From assembly GCA_946965045.2 (NCBI GenBank), contig OX337242.1:1736001-1800000 (forward strand): a DNA stretch of 64,000 nucleotides. The letters run 5' to 3'. The position numbers were made by a program, and so were the translations under genes. The notes under the pieces were generated by a model that worked only from the letters and a program-made list of their open reading frames with translations, did not search any database and was not told the origin of the DNA. Positions 54,391 to 64,000 of the stretch are shown here, in pieces. This DNA comes from Epithemia pelagica (lineage: Eukaryota > Protista > Bacillariophyta). Numbering within the stretch: position 1 is the first letter of the stretch; each line of letters begins with the position of its first letter.

Positions 54391-57300
54391 TCACTTCATA
54401 TTCTTATATTCATGGTCCGTAGTCAGTAGCTGCATGAGTTCTTCTTCCGAGGCAAATCCTCCATCCACTCCACCTGCTCGAATGGTCGGTTTGGTCGACT
54501 GGCTGTCTTCCACAATGGTATGGTCTGTCGCGGCACACGATGTCCGCCAGGCATCAATTTTGACTTCGACAGTGTCTTCAACCACATAGCGATGGACCGT
54601 TGTTTGATGAGTTTGTCCAATTCGTGACACGCGATTAATGGCTTGCAGATCCAATGCGTGATTCAACAATGGTTCCAACAAAAAGACATGACGGGCTTCC
54701 AAAATGGTCAAGCCTTCCGCACCATGTTTGACGTTGAGCATGAGAACGGTACAGTCGTCATTGGAACGAAACACAGTACAAGCTTCTCCAATTTTGGCCT
54801 TGGAGGAGGCTCGTACCAGTGATATCGAGTTCATGGCAAGGGCTTGCGCAACAATGTCCAACATGTCTTCCCATTGCGAAAACAAAATGGCCTTTTCCCC
54901 AACATCCCGTACATCCAACAAATCTGCCACGACTCGCGTCACTTTGGTCCCCCAACTTCCCTTGACATCTTGCCGTTGCACACGGCTGCCATCGTTACGG
55001 GGTTTGTCCGACGCAATGAGTACTTGGTCCACCGACGTTGGAATGCGACACCGGATGGGACACGAAATCATGGAAGTACGAGAATTCAATCGCTCGAGAC
55101 ATGCCGCATGAAAGGAATGACCACACCGCAAGACGGCTCGGTCGGCCGATCCAAACGAACACAAACACACGGCACACGTGTCGACTGATTCTTCGGATTT
55201 CTGGTTGGTTTGTGGGCAAGACTCGTTCTGACCTTGTTGTTGTTGTTGTTGTTGTTCTTGCTCTTGTTGTTGATTGCGAAGGTATCGCAGGGTTTCTTTG
55301 GACCGTCGTAAATCACCATGAGCCATGGCTTGCTTGGCGGCATGGTCATGATACTGGGACAGTACATCGCAAGGTAAGACTACCGCATTTTGTTGTTCTC
55401 GTGTCAATTGAGTCCAATCTTCGCCCTCCTCACACAAACGAATGGATTCCTTGCATTGATTCAATTCATCCAAATCATTCAAGAGATCCAAATGCGTCCG
55501 CCATTGTCTCCAACCCAAGACCTTTTCCTTTTCCTTTTTCTGTGCCTCGAGGACTTCGAAAAAGGCCTTGGCACGATCCAGCCAATTCGGAACCTCACCC
55601 GTTTCTTCTCCAACCCGTTTCACAATCGCAGCACCAATGGGACCACGCAGCACAGTGTGCAATGTATTCACTAGCAACAAGGTCACACGGTCGGGCTCCA
55701 ACTCATTGAGTTGATCTCCAATACTACAATGTCGACATTTTGGGCCTTGTTGATTCCAGTCGGCTTTGCAGACCCGACAATGACTATTTTCATATAGTTC
55801 TTGGTGACTGGGGGACGAGGACAAGCGTGCAATCTTGTCCATACATTTGCCATGTCTTCCCGGGGGACAATGGTATCGGTCCTTGCGGATTTGAAACGTC
55901 CCGTCCTCCATGGTATTCACCCAGGATGTGGCCTTGCCAATACCCGAGTTCCGAATCGCTTGAAGTCGCGATTGGAGGGCCATTTGCAAACCGTGAATGT
56001 CACGAAAGGTGGGAAATTTGACAATACCACTCTCGGCACTGGCTTTGGTGGTTTGAATATGATCCAATTCTTCTTGCACTCGGACACAGACACCATGAAC
56101 CTGGGACTCCTCCCCATATAAATGACAGGCGACCAGAAATTCGTCCCACCATCCAGCATCCCAGCAGTCGCTTCGACTCTTGTTTGACAACGAAGGAACG
56201 AGCTCATGAATCGATCCTTCGGCCTTTTTCCTTGCATCCGAAGCTTGAACAAGACGGTGATTACAGGCTCTATGCAATGACTTTGCTGCCTGCATGTACA
56301 GGGATTCAATGTGCTCTGCCCTTGTTTTCATTTCTGTCATTTTCTTTCTCATGGATGGAATATCAAACAACCCAACTTCGTCCGTCTTCTTCTCTTTGTC
56401 GGATTTGACGTCAACTTTCTGGTTCCCTGTTTTCTTGTCGTCATTGTCTGCAGTTTGACGCGATTGAATCAAAGATGAAAAAGAGATCGAGGCATTGTGA
56501 AGGGCATGCAGTGTCTGCAAGGAATCACTCGCAATGTCTGCTTCTTCCAAAATCAACTCGAGTCCTACATAGTATCCCATGGGAAAAGTTCTTTGTTCCA
56601 GTCGTTTGTGGCAACTCTCAATCACAATTCGCCAATTCTTGGACTTGTGTGTGTGAAACCCCTCCAGGGGCAACACCCAGCCCTCCGTGGCACTCTCGTT
56701 TGTGTTGCTGCTCGTAGCGTCGAGAGGGCACTCCAGTTTGGTCACGGGAACAAATTCGCCACCCAAAGAGGGGCTGGCCACTTCCAAGGCACACAGTTTG
56801 GGCAACAAGATGGCCCAGTCAAAATCCTTGGATACTTCGTTTTGCAGAAAGGAGGGTACCTGTCGTACAGGGCGCAATTTGAAGCGGATGATACGTCGTG
56901 CGGGACCCTCAAAATCGACACGCGCCCAAAACGAATGTTGCTCTGGTCGACGACTGTTGGCGCTCTGTGCCATTTTCCAATCCAGACGAATGACTTTGCT
57001 GGAGTGCACTTGACTGTGTGGGGTACGGAATCCCTTGCTTCCGCTGAGGAAGGAATTGGCCAATACGGGTATTGGTTGTGAATTGGATTCCGCCAAGTCC
57101 AAGGATTCCAGGTAGAGTTTACAACTCTTTTCTAACAATACATCGTCACTTGTTTTAGGAAACCCTTCTCCTCGTTCTCTCGCTTCAACCTGGAGGCGTG
57201 AAAGGGCCGCCATACCATTGGTATGCATGCTAACCAATCGCTGCGATTCTTCGCATTTCAATCGAGCGTCGTCAATCAAACGCACCAAGATTTCTTCCAT

Positions 57301-60300
57301 TGTCAAAACATTGGAGACACCGGAATCAGGTGCTGACTCCATTGTCGCGGATGGGGATGCATCTGCACCACTCCCGGCGCCACCGCGTTTTGTCGCCTTG
57401 GACCTTCTTTTTTTCTTATTGTGGGAAGGACCGTGGCTGGTTATGCCACCAGCTCCGACTTGTGGATGGCAGCAGGCAGCGCGAAGTCGATGCAAATGTT
57501 CCGCCAGCATGGTCAAGTGTTGTGCCTTGTCTTGTTTGCCCTTGCGACGACGTTCACAAAAGTCCCCGGCGGTTGCCAGGGTTGCTTCCAATTGGCGTTC
57601 ATAAAAATGACGTTCAATGGAGGAGAATTTCAGCAACTGTTTCACCTCTGTCTGTTCGGGAACACCCATTTGTTCTCGAACCAATGGATGGGCTTTTGTC
57701 GATCTCCAGAATATATTGGCCAAGAGTGTTTGGATACGATGGCACATGGAAACAGGATGCGATGTTGACTCCAGGGACTTGGCAAAAAATGACTTTTGGG
57801 AAAAGGGTGGGACACGTAGAAAAACCAGAAGGCCATATAAATCCTGTAACTGTCCTCGCCCAATGGGCGTCCCAGTCACACACCAGCGATGGTGAGCGTG
57901 CAATTTCAGAGCCATTCGAGCTGATGTGGCTGTAGGACGTTCCACGCGCTGAGCTTCGTCCAAACACACTCGCCAAAAGTCAATTGATGATAGGGGAGAT
58001 GGGACAACACGGTAACGCTTTCGTTTTCGCAACCACCCGTTGTTCCCATTTTCATCTTGGGCAACAAACTTGTTTTCATCTGCGGCATGTCCAAAGTCTG
58101 ACAAGAGTGCATCGAACGTGACCAAGACGACATCATGATCGGCCAAGAAGTAGGGGTGGAGCAATTTCATTTCGTTGCGAGTTTCCTTGAAGCCACGTTT
58201 GGGTCGTGATTTCGTTATTCTGTCTACTCCATGATAAATCGCCACATTCAACGGCCGTTGGGTGCTGGGATGTTGCGTGTGTCGCTCAATTTCTCGTTCC
58301 CATTGAGTCAGAATTGCCGGCGGTGTCACGATCAGCGTCGCTCGACTGGGTATCAGCTGCGTAGTTGTTTCGTTTCCACCTTTTGGTGAGGTTTTGGCCG
58401 TGGCTGCTATGGTTGCACAACAACAAGGACAAAATCGTTCGTGAAGTGGATGTGGTGTTTCATAACAGATCCAAGATTGATCCGAGAACATTTTTCGGTA
58501 CATAATGGGTGTGGTCTTGGCTTTTAATTCCGACAAGGTATCAAACCCAGCACAATCCATGTGCAGTGGTTCCTGGCATTGACAACACAGTACAATAGGT
58601 CGCTGTTCCGTTGATTCTTGTACATGTATCACTTCACCACACAAGCAGGATCCCAGCAGTGTTTCTCCTTCGTCTAACCAACGATGTGGAACGTCTGGGT
58701 CAGCCGCACTGTCTTCCTCGTGCGTCATGGACTTGTCCGGTGTTACTGGAACCGCCGCCACCTTGGAGCGACGACTTGTCAGGGGCAATCGACGACGCGG
58801 AGATGTCACAAGGTCCCTGGATGTTGATGATACAGCATTATCTTGCTCGTTCTGAACAGTCACGTTTTCATGTGTTTCCTGGACTGTGGACTCTTCATCA
58901 GAAGATTTGTCGCCTGTATCCATCTTGTCTTGGCTTTGTTGAGCTATCGTGGCCAAAGACAACTTGTCATTGGAAGCCGTAACATCCACCACGTCTCCGA
59001 CTGGTAATGGTCTCGAATGTGCCAAGATACAAGCCAGCACTTCGACAGTTTTCCCCAAACCCATGCTTTCCGCCAAAATACCACCTTTTATGACCACCTC
59101 GCTATGACTATGACCGGTTCCATCGGCGTACTCTTTTTCGTTCTCCACCTCAAGACCCAAGCTCATGCTTCGAGCATCTCTGATTGAGCTGGCCAACCAG
59201 CCAATCACAGGACAATAAAGTAACAAGGACGCCCCATCCGTGTCTTTTTGGTTGTCCCGATGTTGTTCTTCCCACGTGGTTAATGGAATTCCTCCTCTCG
59301 GAAAAGAAGGAGGACTGCATGTCGTCGTCGTCGTCGTCGCCTCGGCAGGATTCCATGACGGTCCTCCACCGCCCTGTGCGAGGACAACCCAAGCCAATTT
59401 CCACTCTTCACAAGGCACGGGATGTTGCTCGCGTTGCAACATCCATTGTACCGCCATGGCTTGATAGGGTCGTAAGGTCGGAAGGAGACCTGGAATTCTG
59501 TTTGGTGGAACCGAGGCATCGGGTCGTTGCTGTTCTTCTGGATTCTGCTGCTCCAAGACTCGTTTCAACTGAACATTGTCGGTCCATTTATAAATGGTAT
59601 GCGCCGTCACTGTCGTACTGCCATGGGGGATGGACGACGCCATGTCAAGTGTCCGTGTGGTGTTGGTCATGGTCATGATATGGTCCAAGGCTTGATGAAT
59701 CCATCGGGCATATTGGTATTTGCGTGCCACAAAGGTTCGTGTGACTCGATTCACTGGCAAGGTTTGGGGTTGACAGGGGTCCAATGCCTGGGGTAGCAAA
59801 TAAACGTGCATGTTCCAGAGTCTCCTGGATTGGATGTTGGTGGGTGGTGATGACGGAGGAGCAGCAGTAGTGGTTGTGGACTTGTGTTGTTGTTGTTGTT
59901 GGTCGTCCAGTGGGTGGTTGCTCGTCTGCAGTCGCACGGCCATGTATCCTAGTTCGACACAGGCGGCCAATGGTCGCCACCGTGTTGTCGATTCCACTTT
60001 TGTCGTCGTCTTCGAAGCGTCACCTGTATCCAAGCAGTTTCCCAAACAGACCAGGCTTTTTCCTGCCACCAAGACAAGATCCGTGTCGTCCTCGGCGTTG
60101 TGGTGGTGTCGGTCCTTGGACTCGGGTATCACAATTTGAATCCAAGAGCTTGGTTGTGTATCCTGTTCCCGTTGCTGATCGTGCAGGAGGGGAATACATC
60201 CGAGATAAAAGGAGGACGGACCATTGAGTTGAGATTGCACGTGGTGTCGCTGGTCGTGTTGCTTCCAATTGTGTCGTCCCACAAAGGTCAAGACGGGATC

Positions 60301-61512
60301 CTGGGAACCACCAGCAGGGTTTGCCTCCGGGTGTGTGCAAGTGGTGCGTTGGCTTGGCTGCGTTTTTCCTTGGGGGGCCGGCCTTGACGGGGGACTGGAC
60401 GAGGATGCCCGAACCAATTCCACGGGTTGTTGACACTGCTCGTGAAACATGGCTTGGACCGTTTGGAACGAGGGGTTTGATGAACGTGGTCGCTTGGTAC
60501 CAAGAAGGAGGCGTCCCGACGTGTCGGGGAATGGCGTCTTTATGTGGGACTGTTTGGATTTCTTTGGTTTGCATTTGGTTGTGGCCTGTTTTGGTGTTGC
60601 CGAGTCGGTTTCGTCGTCGTTGTCGTCACTGTCGTTCCAGACTTCCTCGTTGTCGTCGCCATGGTTATTCTTGGTGCGGCGACGCTTGGCTCGTGGTTTG
60701 GATGCCCTACTCCGTGCTTCAATCCTTGCGCTTGTGTGCGGCTTGTCCTTGTCGTCGTCCTTGTCGTCATCATCACTATCCTGTAAAATGTACCGTCCCG
60801 CCAATCGTCGACTCCGTCGTGGTCGAGTGCCGGGTCGACTCCTTGGACGGGGTTGGTGGGTCTTGGATTCCTTCTCCTCCTTAAGCGAATGGTCGTTATC
60901 GTCGTCGTCGTTGTTCGTCTCCTGTGGTTCCACGGCAAATCGAATCCTACGACGTGTGGGTGGTGGTTGTCGTTCTTGTTTCAACAAAGAGGAGGTCTTT
61001 GGTACCTCCTTGGTGGCGTCATCGTCGTCGTCCTCCAAAATGGCTCGGATTCCTCGACATTGACGTTTGCCAGCTGGTGATTGTGTGGTCTGTTTCGCCT
61101 CCTTTTCCTTCGGGTCGCTGTGGTGGTCGGCAGCAGCAGTCTGTGGGAGTTGGGCAAATTGCGATACCAGCACTGGTTGCTGGTCGTTGTTGTTGTTGTT
61201 GTTGTTTCGTTGTTGGTGGTGCTGTACTTGTTCCAAGAGCCATCCCAGTCGACCCAAGACATGGGGTGTTGCCGTAGCATTCGAATGGCCGGTGGCATCC
61301 TGGTCCCATGCTTGTCGTCGTTGGCGACGTCGTGCCAAGAATCGACCTTGTCGTTGGATCCGACGTTCTTGTCGGTCATCCAATAAGTCTTGAGGATGTT
61401 GTTGTTGTGGTGGTGGTGGTGGTTCTCCATGGTCCACCCCATGGTCGTTGGAGGAACCACTCCCCGTTCCACCCACGATACGAATCGGATGACGTTGTTT
61501 CGATCGACCCAT
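54391..61512 (-). CDS. SHPRH: SHPRH-like SNF2 helicase / PHD / RING E3 ubiquitin ligase
   Basis: GGILAESMGLGKT, PHD finger CLCGE...CCQCQEPLHMDC...CPCC, ATLIVTPPAILTQWEREI, VCLDEAQ, WCVTGTPI, RING CAVC...CGHSFHAAC...CPIRC, WGTKV, AILFSQW and QAINRVSRIGQ. ATG 61512 is chosen over the longer ORF start. Confidence 0.9.
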   Translation of the reverse strand: MGRSKQRHPIRIVGGTGSGSSNDHGVDHGEPPPPPQQQHPQDLLDDRQERRIQRQGRFLARRRQRRQAWDQDATGHSNATATPHVLGRLGWLLEQVQHHQQRNNNNNNNDQQPVLVSQFAQLPQTAAADHHSDPKEKEAKQTTQSPAGKRQCRGIRAILEDDDDDATKEVPKTSSLLKQERQPPPTRRRIRFAVEPQETNNDDDDNDHSLKEEKESKTHQPRPRSRPGTRPRRSRRLAGRYILQDSDDDDKDDDKDKPHTSARIEARSRASKPRAKRRRTKNNHGDDNEEVWNDSDDNDDETDSATPKQATTKCKPKKSKQSHIKTPFPDTSGRLLLGTKRPRSSNPSFQTVQAMFHEQCQQPVELVRASSSSPPSRPAPQGKTQPSQRTTCTHPEANPAGGSQDPVLTFVGRHNWKQHDQRHHVQSQLNGPSSFYLGCIPLLHDQQREQDTQPSSWIQIVIPESKDRHHHNAEDDTDLVLVAGKSLVCLGNCLDTGDASKTTTKVESTTRWRPLAACVELGYMAVRLQTSNHPLDDQQQQQHKSTTTTAAPPSSPPTNIQSRRLWNMHVYLLPQALDPCQPQTLPVNRVTRTFVARKYQYARWIHQALDHIMTMTNTTRTLDMASSIPHGSTTVTAHTIYKWTDNVQLKRVLEQQNPEEQQRPDASVPPNRIPGLLPTLRPYQAMAVQWMLQREQHPVPCEEWKLAWVVLAQGGGGPSWNPAEATTTTTTCSPPSFPRGGIPLTTWEEQHRDNQKDTDGASLLLYCPVIGWLASSIRDARSMSLGLEVENEKEYADGTGHSHSEVVIKGGILAESMGLGKTVEVLACILAHSRPLPVGDVVDVTASNDKLSLATIAQQSQDKMDTGDKSSDEESTVQETHENVTVQNEQDNAVSSTSRDLVTSPRRRLPLTSRRSKVAAVPVTPDKSMTHEEDSAADPDVPHRWLDEGETLLGSCLCGEVIHVQESTEQRPIVLCCQCQEPLHMDCAGFDTLSELKAKTTPIMYRKMFSDQSWICYETPHPLHERFCPCCCATIAATAKTSPKGGNETTTQLIPSRATLIVTPPAILTQWEREIERHTQHPSTQRPLNVAIYHGVDRITKSRPKRGFKETRNEMKLLHPYFLADHDVVLVTFDALLSDFGHAADENKFVAQDENGNNGWLRKRKRYRVVPSPLSSIDFWRVCLDEAQRVERPTATSARMALKLHAHHRWCVTGTPIGRGQLQDLYGLLVFLRVPPFSQKSFFAKSLESTSHPVSMCHRIQTLLANIFWRSTKAHPLVREQMGVPEQTEVKQLLKFSSIERHFYERQLEATLATAGDFCERRRKGKQDKAQHLTMLAEHLHRLRAACCHPQVGAGGITSHGPSHNKKKRRSKATKRGGAGSGADASPSATMESAPDSGVSNVLTMEEILVRLIDDARLKCEESQRLVSMHTNGMAALSRLQVEARERGEGFPKTSDDVLLEKSCKLYLESLDLAESNSQPIPVLANSFLSGSKGFRTPHSQVHSSKVIRLDWKMAQSANSRRPEQHSFWARVDFEGPARRIIRFKLRPVRQVPSFLQNEVSKDFDWAILLPKLCALEVASPSLGGEFVPVTKLECPLDATSSNTNESATEGWVLPLEGFHTHKSKNWRIVIESCHKRLEQRTFPMGYYVGLELILEEADIASDSLQTLHALHNASISFSSLIQSRQTADNDDKKTGNQKVDVKSDKEKKTDEVGLFDIPSMRKKMTEMKTRAEHIESLYMQAAKSLHRACNHRLVQASDARKKAEGSIHELVPSLSNKSRSDCWDAGWWDEFLVACHLYGEESQVHGVCVRVQEELDHIQTTKASAESGIVKFPTFRDIHGLQMALQSRLQAIRNSGIGKATSWVNTMEDGTFQIRKDRYHCPPGRHGKCMDKIARLSSSPSHQELYENSHCRVCKADWNQQGPKCRHCSIGDQLNELEPDRVTLLLVNTLHTVLRGPIGAAIVKRVGEETGEVPNWLDRAKAFFEVLEAQKKEKEKVLGWRQWRTHLDLLNDLDELNQCKESIRLCEEGEDWTQLTREQQNAVVLPCDVLSQYHDHAAKQAMAHGDLRRSKETLRYLRNQQQEQEQQQQQQQGQNESCPQTNQKSEESVDTCAVCLCSFGSADRAVLRCGHSFHAACLERLNSRTSMISCPIRCRIPTSVDQVLIASDKPRNDGSRVQRQDVKGSWGTKVTRVVADLLDVRDVGEKAILFSQWEDMLDIVAQALAMNSISLVRASSKAKIGEACTVFRSNDDCTVLMLNVKHGAEGLTILEARHVFLLEPLLNHALDLQAINRVSRIGQTHQTTVHRYVVEDTVEVKIDAWRTSCAATDHTIVEDSQSTKPTIRAGGVDGGFASEEELMQLLTTDHEYKNMK

Positions 61513-62197
61513 GGCAGTATGACACACGTTTGGCGCCAAGAAAACGTTCGTGTTGCCCCTTGGTGGTGAGCCTCGTCTACTGCTGCTACTGGAGCGTCTT
61601 CTGGCGTGAGACCAACCACACACGGACACAGAGATAGAGAGATAGAGAGAGATGCAACACCACAAATAGTGGGTTGTTGCCTTTCTCCAGAACGAAAAAG
61701 TGTTTGGACGAAGTGTGTGTTGGCGAAGTTTTGTTCGCTTCTTTCAGAGCGACCTTTATGCGATCTTATGCAGTCACCTTACAGTCGCTGAAAATGAATG
61801 GTACTAGTAGAGAGACGGTCAATAGGTAGCGTCTCGATATATATATAGTTGGAGGAAAAGCCGGAGTTTGGAATGGACGGGTGAGGAAACACACAAAACA
61901 GTTCTACAATACACCACAAGTATTATTAGAATAGAAAAGGATAATAGAATACGGAGGACACTAACACCGACACGGAGAGATTTGTCTTCTTCTCTCGCTT
62001 TGCCGGCAAGGAACAAAAAGGGAGAGAGAAAGTAATAGGAATGATTCCATCCAGAAGGATACGACCGTGTCTCCGTCCAATGACAATTAAGTTGAGGGGG
62101 GAATATATGATTGATTCGCTTGGGACTCGGCAATTCCATTCACTGGAACCACCAAGAGAGAAGGAACCGACGCATATGGTTGTCCTGGTTTTTGTGT

Positions 62198-63421
62198 TTA
62201 CCAAAAGGTTAATAGATTTTTGCGTTGGGGTTTTTCCACTGGTACCAGTTGCTGATTGCTTTCATTGGAATGACGACCACCCCCCTTGGAGGAGGATCCA
62301 TTGGTCAAGGCCAAGGTGGTCTGGTTGGATTTTTTGGACTTGTGGTGGCTCGCCGGACTAGTGGTGAGTTGCAATCGTTGGGCTTCGGATTGTTGTGTAC
62401 CATTGGTCAATCGTTTCGTTTTCGAATTGCCATTTTGTTTTTGGGCCCAATTCGGACGCTTGTCGGCACGATCCGAAACGCAGACAGTTTCCATGGATCC
62501 ATCGGGTCGTTCCATTCTGGTTTCGGTAATGGTTTCCACGGTCCCATCGGCATGGCGAATCTGACGTTCCGTCGTGGACATGGTCAGGGGACGATTGTCT
62601 CCCTCCCGACCCCGACTCGGAACCAAGGCCTTGCTGGAAGAAGCAGAGGAATGTTGTGGTTTGGACGAGGACTTGTTGTTGCTGTCGCGTTTGGTCAGGG
62701 CGTGACTGGAACTCTTGCTGTGGTTCTTGTGGTGATCACGCTGGACGACCAGGTCCGTACTGGGACGCACCGATTCGCGAGAGGACGGGGACGAAGAGGA
62801 ATAGGGTTGACTGGATCGTTGCGTCGGTGACGAAGGCGAGGACGACGAGGATGAGGAGTAGGGTGTGGATCGCGAGTGATTGTGGTTGTTGCTGTGGTTA
62901 TTGCTGCTGCTTTTGATATTGTGATTGCTGCTGCTTTTGTGATTGCTACTGGAACCAGTGTGGCGACGATCACCCGATTCCAATCGTTTTTGTTTGGATT
63001 TGGAAGACGACGACGACGACGGAGGATGGTGAGTGTTGCCGGCAGTAGCACCGGTAAAGTCATAGTGCGATCCGGGGTAGGGAAATCCCATGCGTTCTTC
63101 AAAGTCTCGTTTAAAGACTTCATAGGGGGAATGAAAACACACATGGACGTTGCGACGATCATACCCTTGTGCCGTACCGGTCCGTTGGTGTTGCAATCGT
63201 TGCAAGGAATTGTATTCGCGGCGTTGCTCGGGATCCCTCAAGAGTTCGTAGGCATTGGAAAGTTTGGCAAACGTGGACACGGCCGCTTCTCGTTCGGCCG
63301 GTGTCGTTTTGCGATCTGGATGTTCCTTTAGGGCCAACTTGCGATAGGCAGTCTTAATGTCGGTGTCCGAGGCTGACGAGGACACGCCCAAGATGCGGTA
63401 CGGATCGTCTCCCTGTTCCAT
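62198..63421 (-). CDS. DnaJ (J-domain) protein with long Ser/His-rich low-complexity region
   Basis: DPYRILGV...IKTAYRKLALKEHPDR...FAKLSNAYELLRDPEQRREY (HPD motif). The start could be further upstream (ORF open to 63652). Confidence 0.88.
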   Translation of the reverse strand: MEQGDDPYRILGVSSSASDTDIKTAYRKLALKEHPDRKTTPAEREAAVSTFAKLSNAYELLRDPEQRREYNSLQRLQHQRTGTAQGYDRRNVHVCFHSPYEVFKRDFEERMGFPYPGSHYDFTGATAGNTHHPPSSSSSSKSKQKRLESGDRRHTGSSSNHKSSSNHNIKSSSNNHSNNHNHSRSTPYSSSSSSSPSSPTQRSSQPYSSSSPSSRESVRPSTDLVVQRDHHKNHSKSSSHALTKRDSNNKSSSKPQHSSASSSKALVPSRGREGDNRPLTMSTTERQIRHADGTVETITETRMERPDGSMETVCVSDRADKRPNWAQKQNGNSKTKRLTNGTQQSEAQRLQLTTSPASHHKSKKSNQTTLALTNGSSSKGGGRHSNESNQQLVPVEKPQRKNLLTFW

Positions 63422-64000
63422 TCTTTCAAGTCTGTGCGGCTGCTGGAGTGAGGAGGATGGTGGTTTTGGGGAGGAAGGTCGTTGTGGAAACCAACGAATG
63501 CTGCTGCTGCAAAAGGCTTTTCCTTTACGACACGACAATAACGACAACAACAACAACCACAACAACAACAGACCAAAGACTGGTTGGCTCTTGTGTTGGC
63601 TCGGTTGATCGTAATCTCGTTGATTTGTGACAATGGTACGAAGCCAACACACAACACATACAAAGTATCACATTCCTCGCGCCGGCATGTGGTTGGGGGG
63701 ATTCATTTAAGTTTGGTTGGGCCTAAATCGTGTGTTCCCAACCCGTTCTTATGGACTGCTCTCTTTTAGTCGCGTATTTAGTTCGTGACTTGCCCATGTA
63801 ACTTATGAGTGACGATCCATCCGAGATTGAAGTCTCATCAAAGGCATCTCATATCTCATCGTTGGGTGCAGTTCAGGACAACAGATAAAACTCCATCACA
63901 CTCGACCATCATGGCAGCACGATCGGGAACGAGTCCAAATGGCAGCTCCCAACCGGAGAAACCGTCGGCGGTGGCGGCAAAGAGTTCTCGTCACTCGGTA

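Noticed and set aside
63911-64000. Possible start of another plus-strand gene (MAARSGTSPNG...)
   Set aside because: Only 30 codons before the window end and no motif, so it cannot be supported.

Overview
Eukaryotic nuclear DNA, most likely from a pennate diatom. Supporting evidence: short GT-AG introns, two CoDi-type Ty1/copia elements, a bipartite plastid-targeting N-terminus, and G8 and VWD secreted proteins. Two gene-rich flanks (1-25.6 kb and 50.5-64 kb) enclose a ~24-kb transposon island. Left flank: ankyrin + DEDDy exonuclease, G8/beta-helix/CBM protein, ABC1 kinase, DUF1499, putative glycosyltransferase, truncated GH16 abutting a 5'-truncated TMEM87/GPR107-like gene, EXO1/XPG-like nuclease, BBE-like FAD oxidase. 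Island: copia element 1 (26516-32740) inserted in a gypsy-like relic, an (ATTGTT)n microsatellite, a MITE, a 3'-truncated Penelope-like RT, copia element 2 (36267-42401, minus strand), a complete hAT transposon (42521-49230) and palindrome-rich direct repeats. Right flank: Cys-repeat/VWD protein, SHPRH-like SNF2/PHD/RING protein, DnaJ protein. The best novelty candidate is the hAT element (16-bp perfect TIRs, 8-bp TSD, intact transposase), which carries a convergent endonuclease III/HhH-GPD DNA glycosylase gene as cargo. Also notable: both copia elements separate gag and pol by a single in-frame UGA-C (one followed by an 8-nt spacer and a hairpin, suggesting readthrough), and copia 1 has CAA...TTG termini, a 4-bp TSD and a PBS matching a tRNA(GAU) anticodon arm. 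Several genes are one base short at short runs, which may reflect assembly error. All family calls come from motif recognition by eye; no database searches were run.
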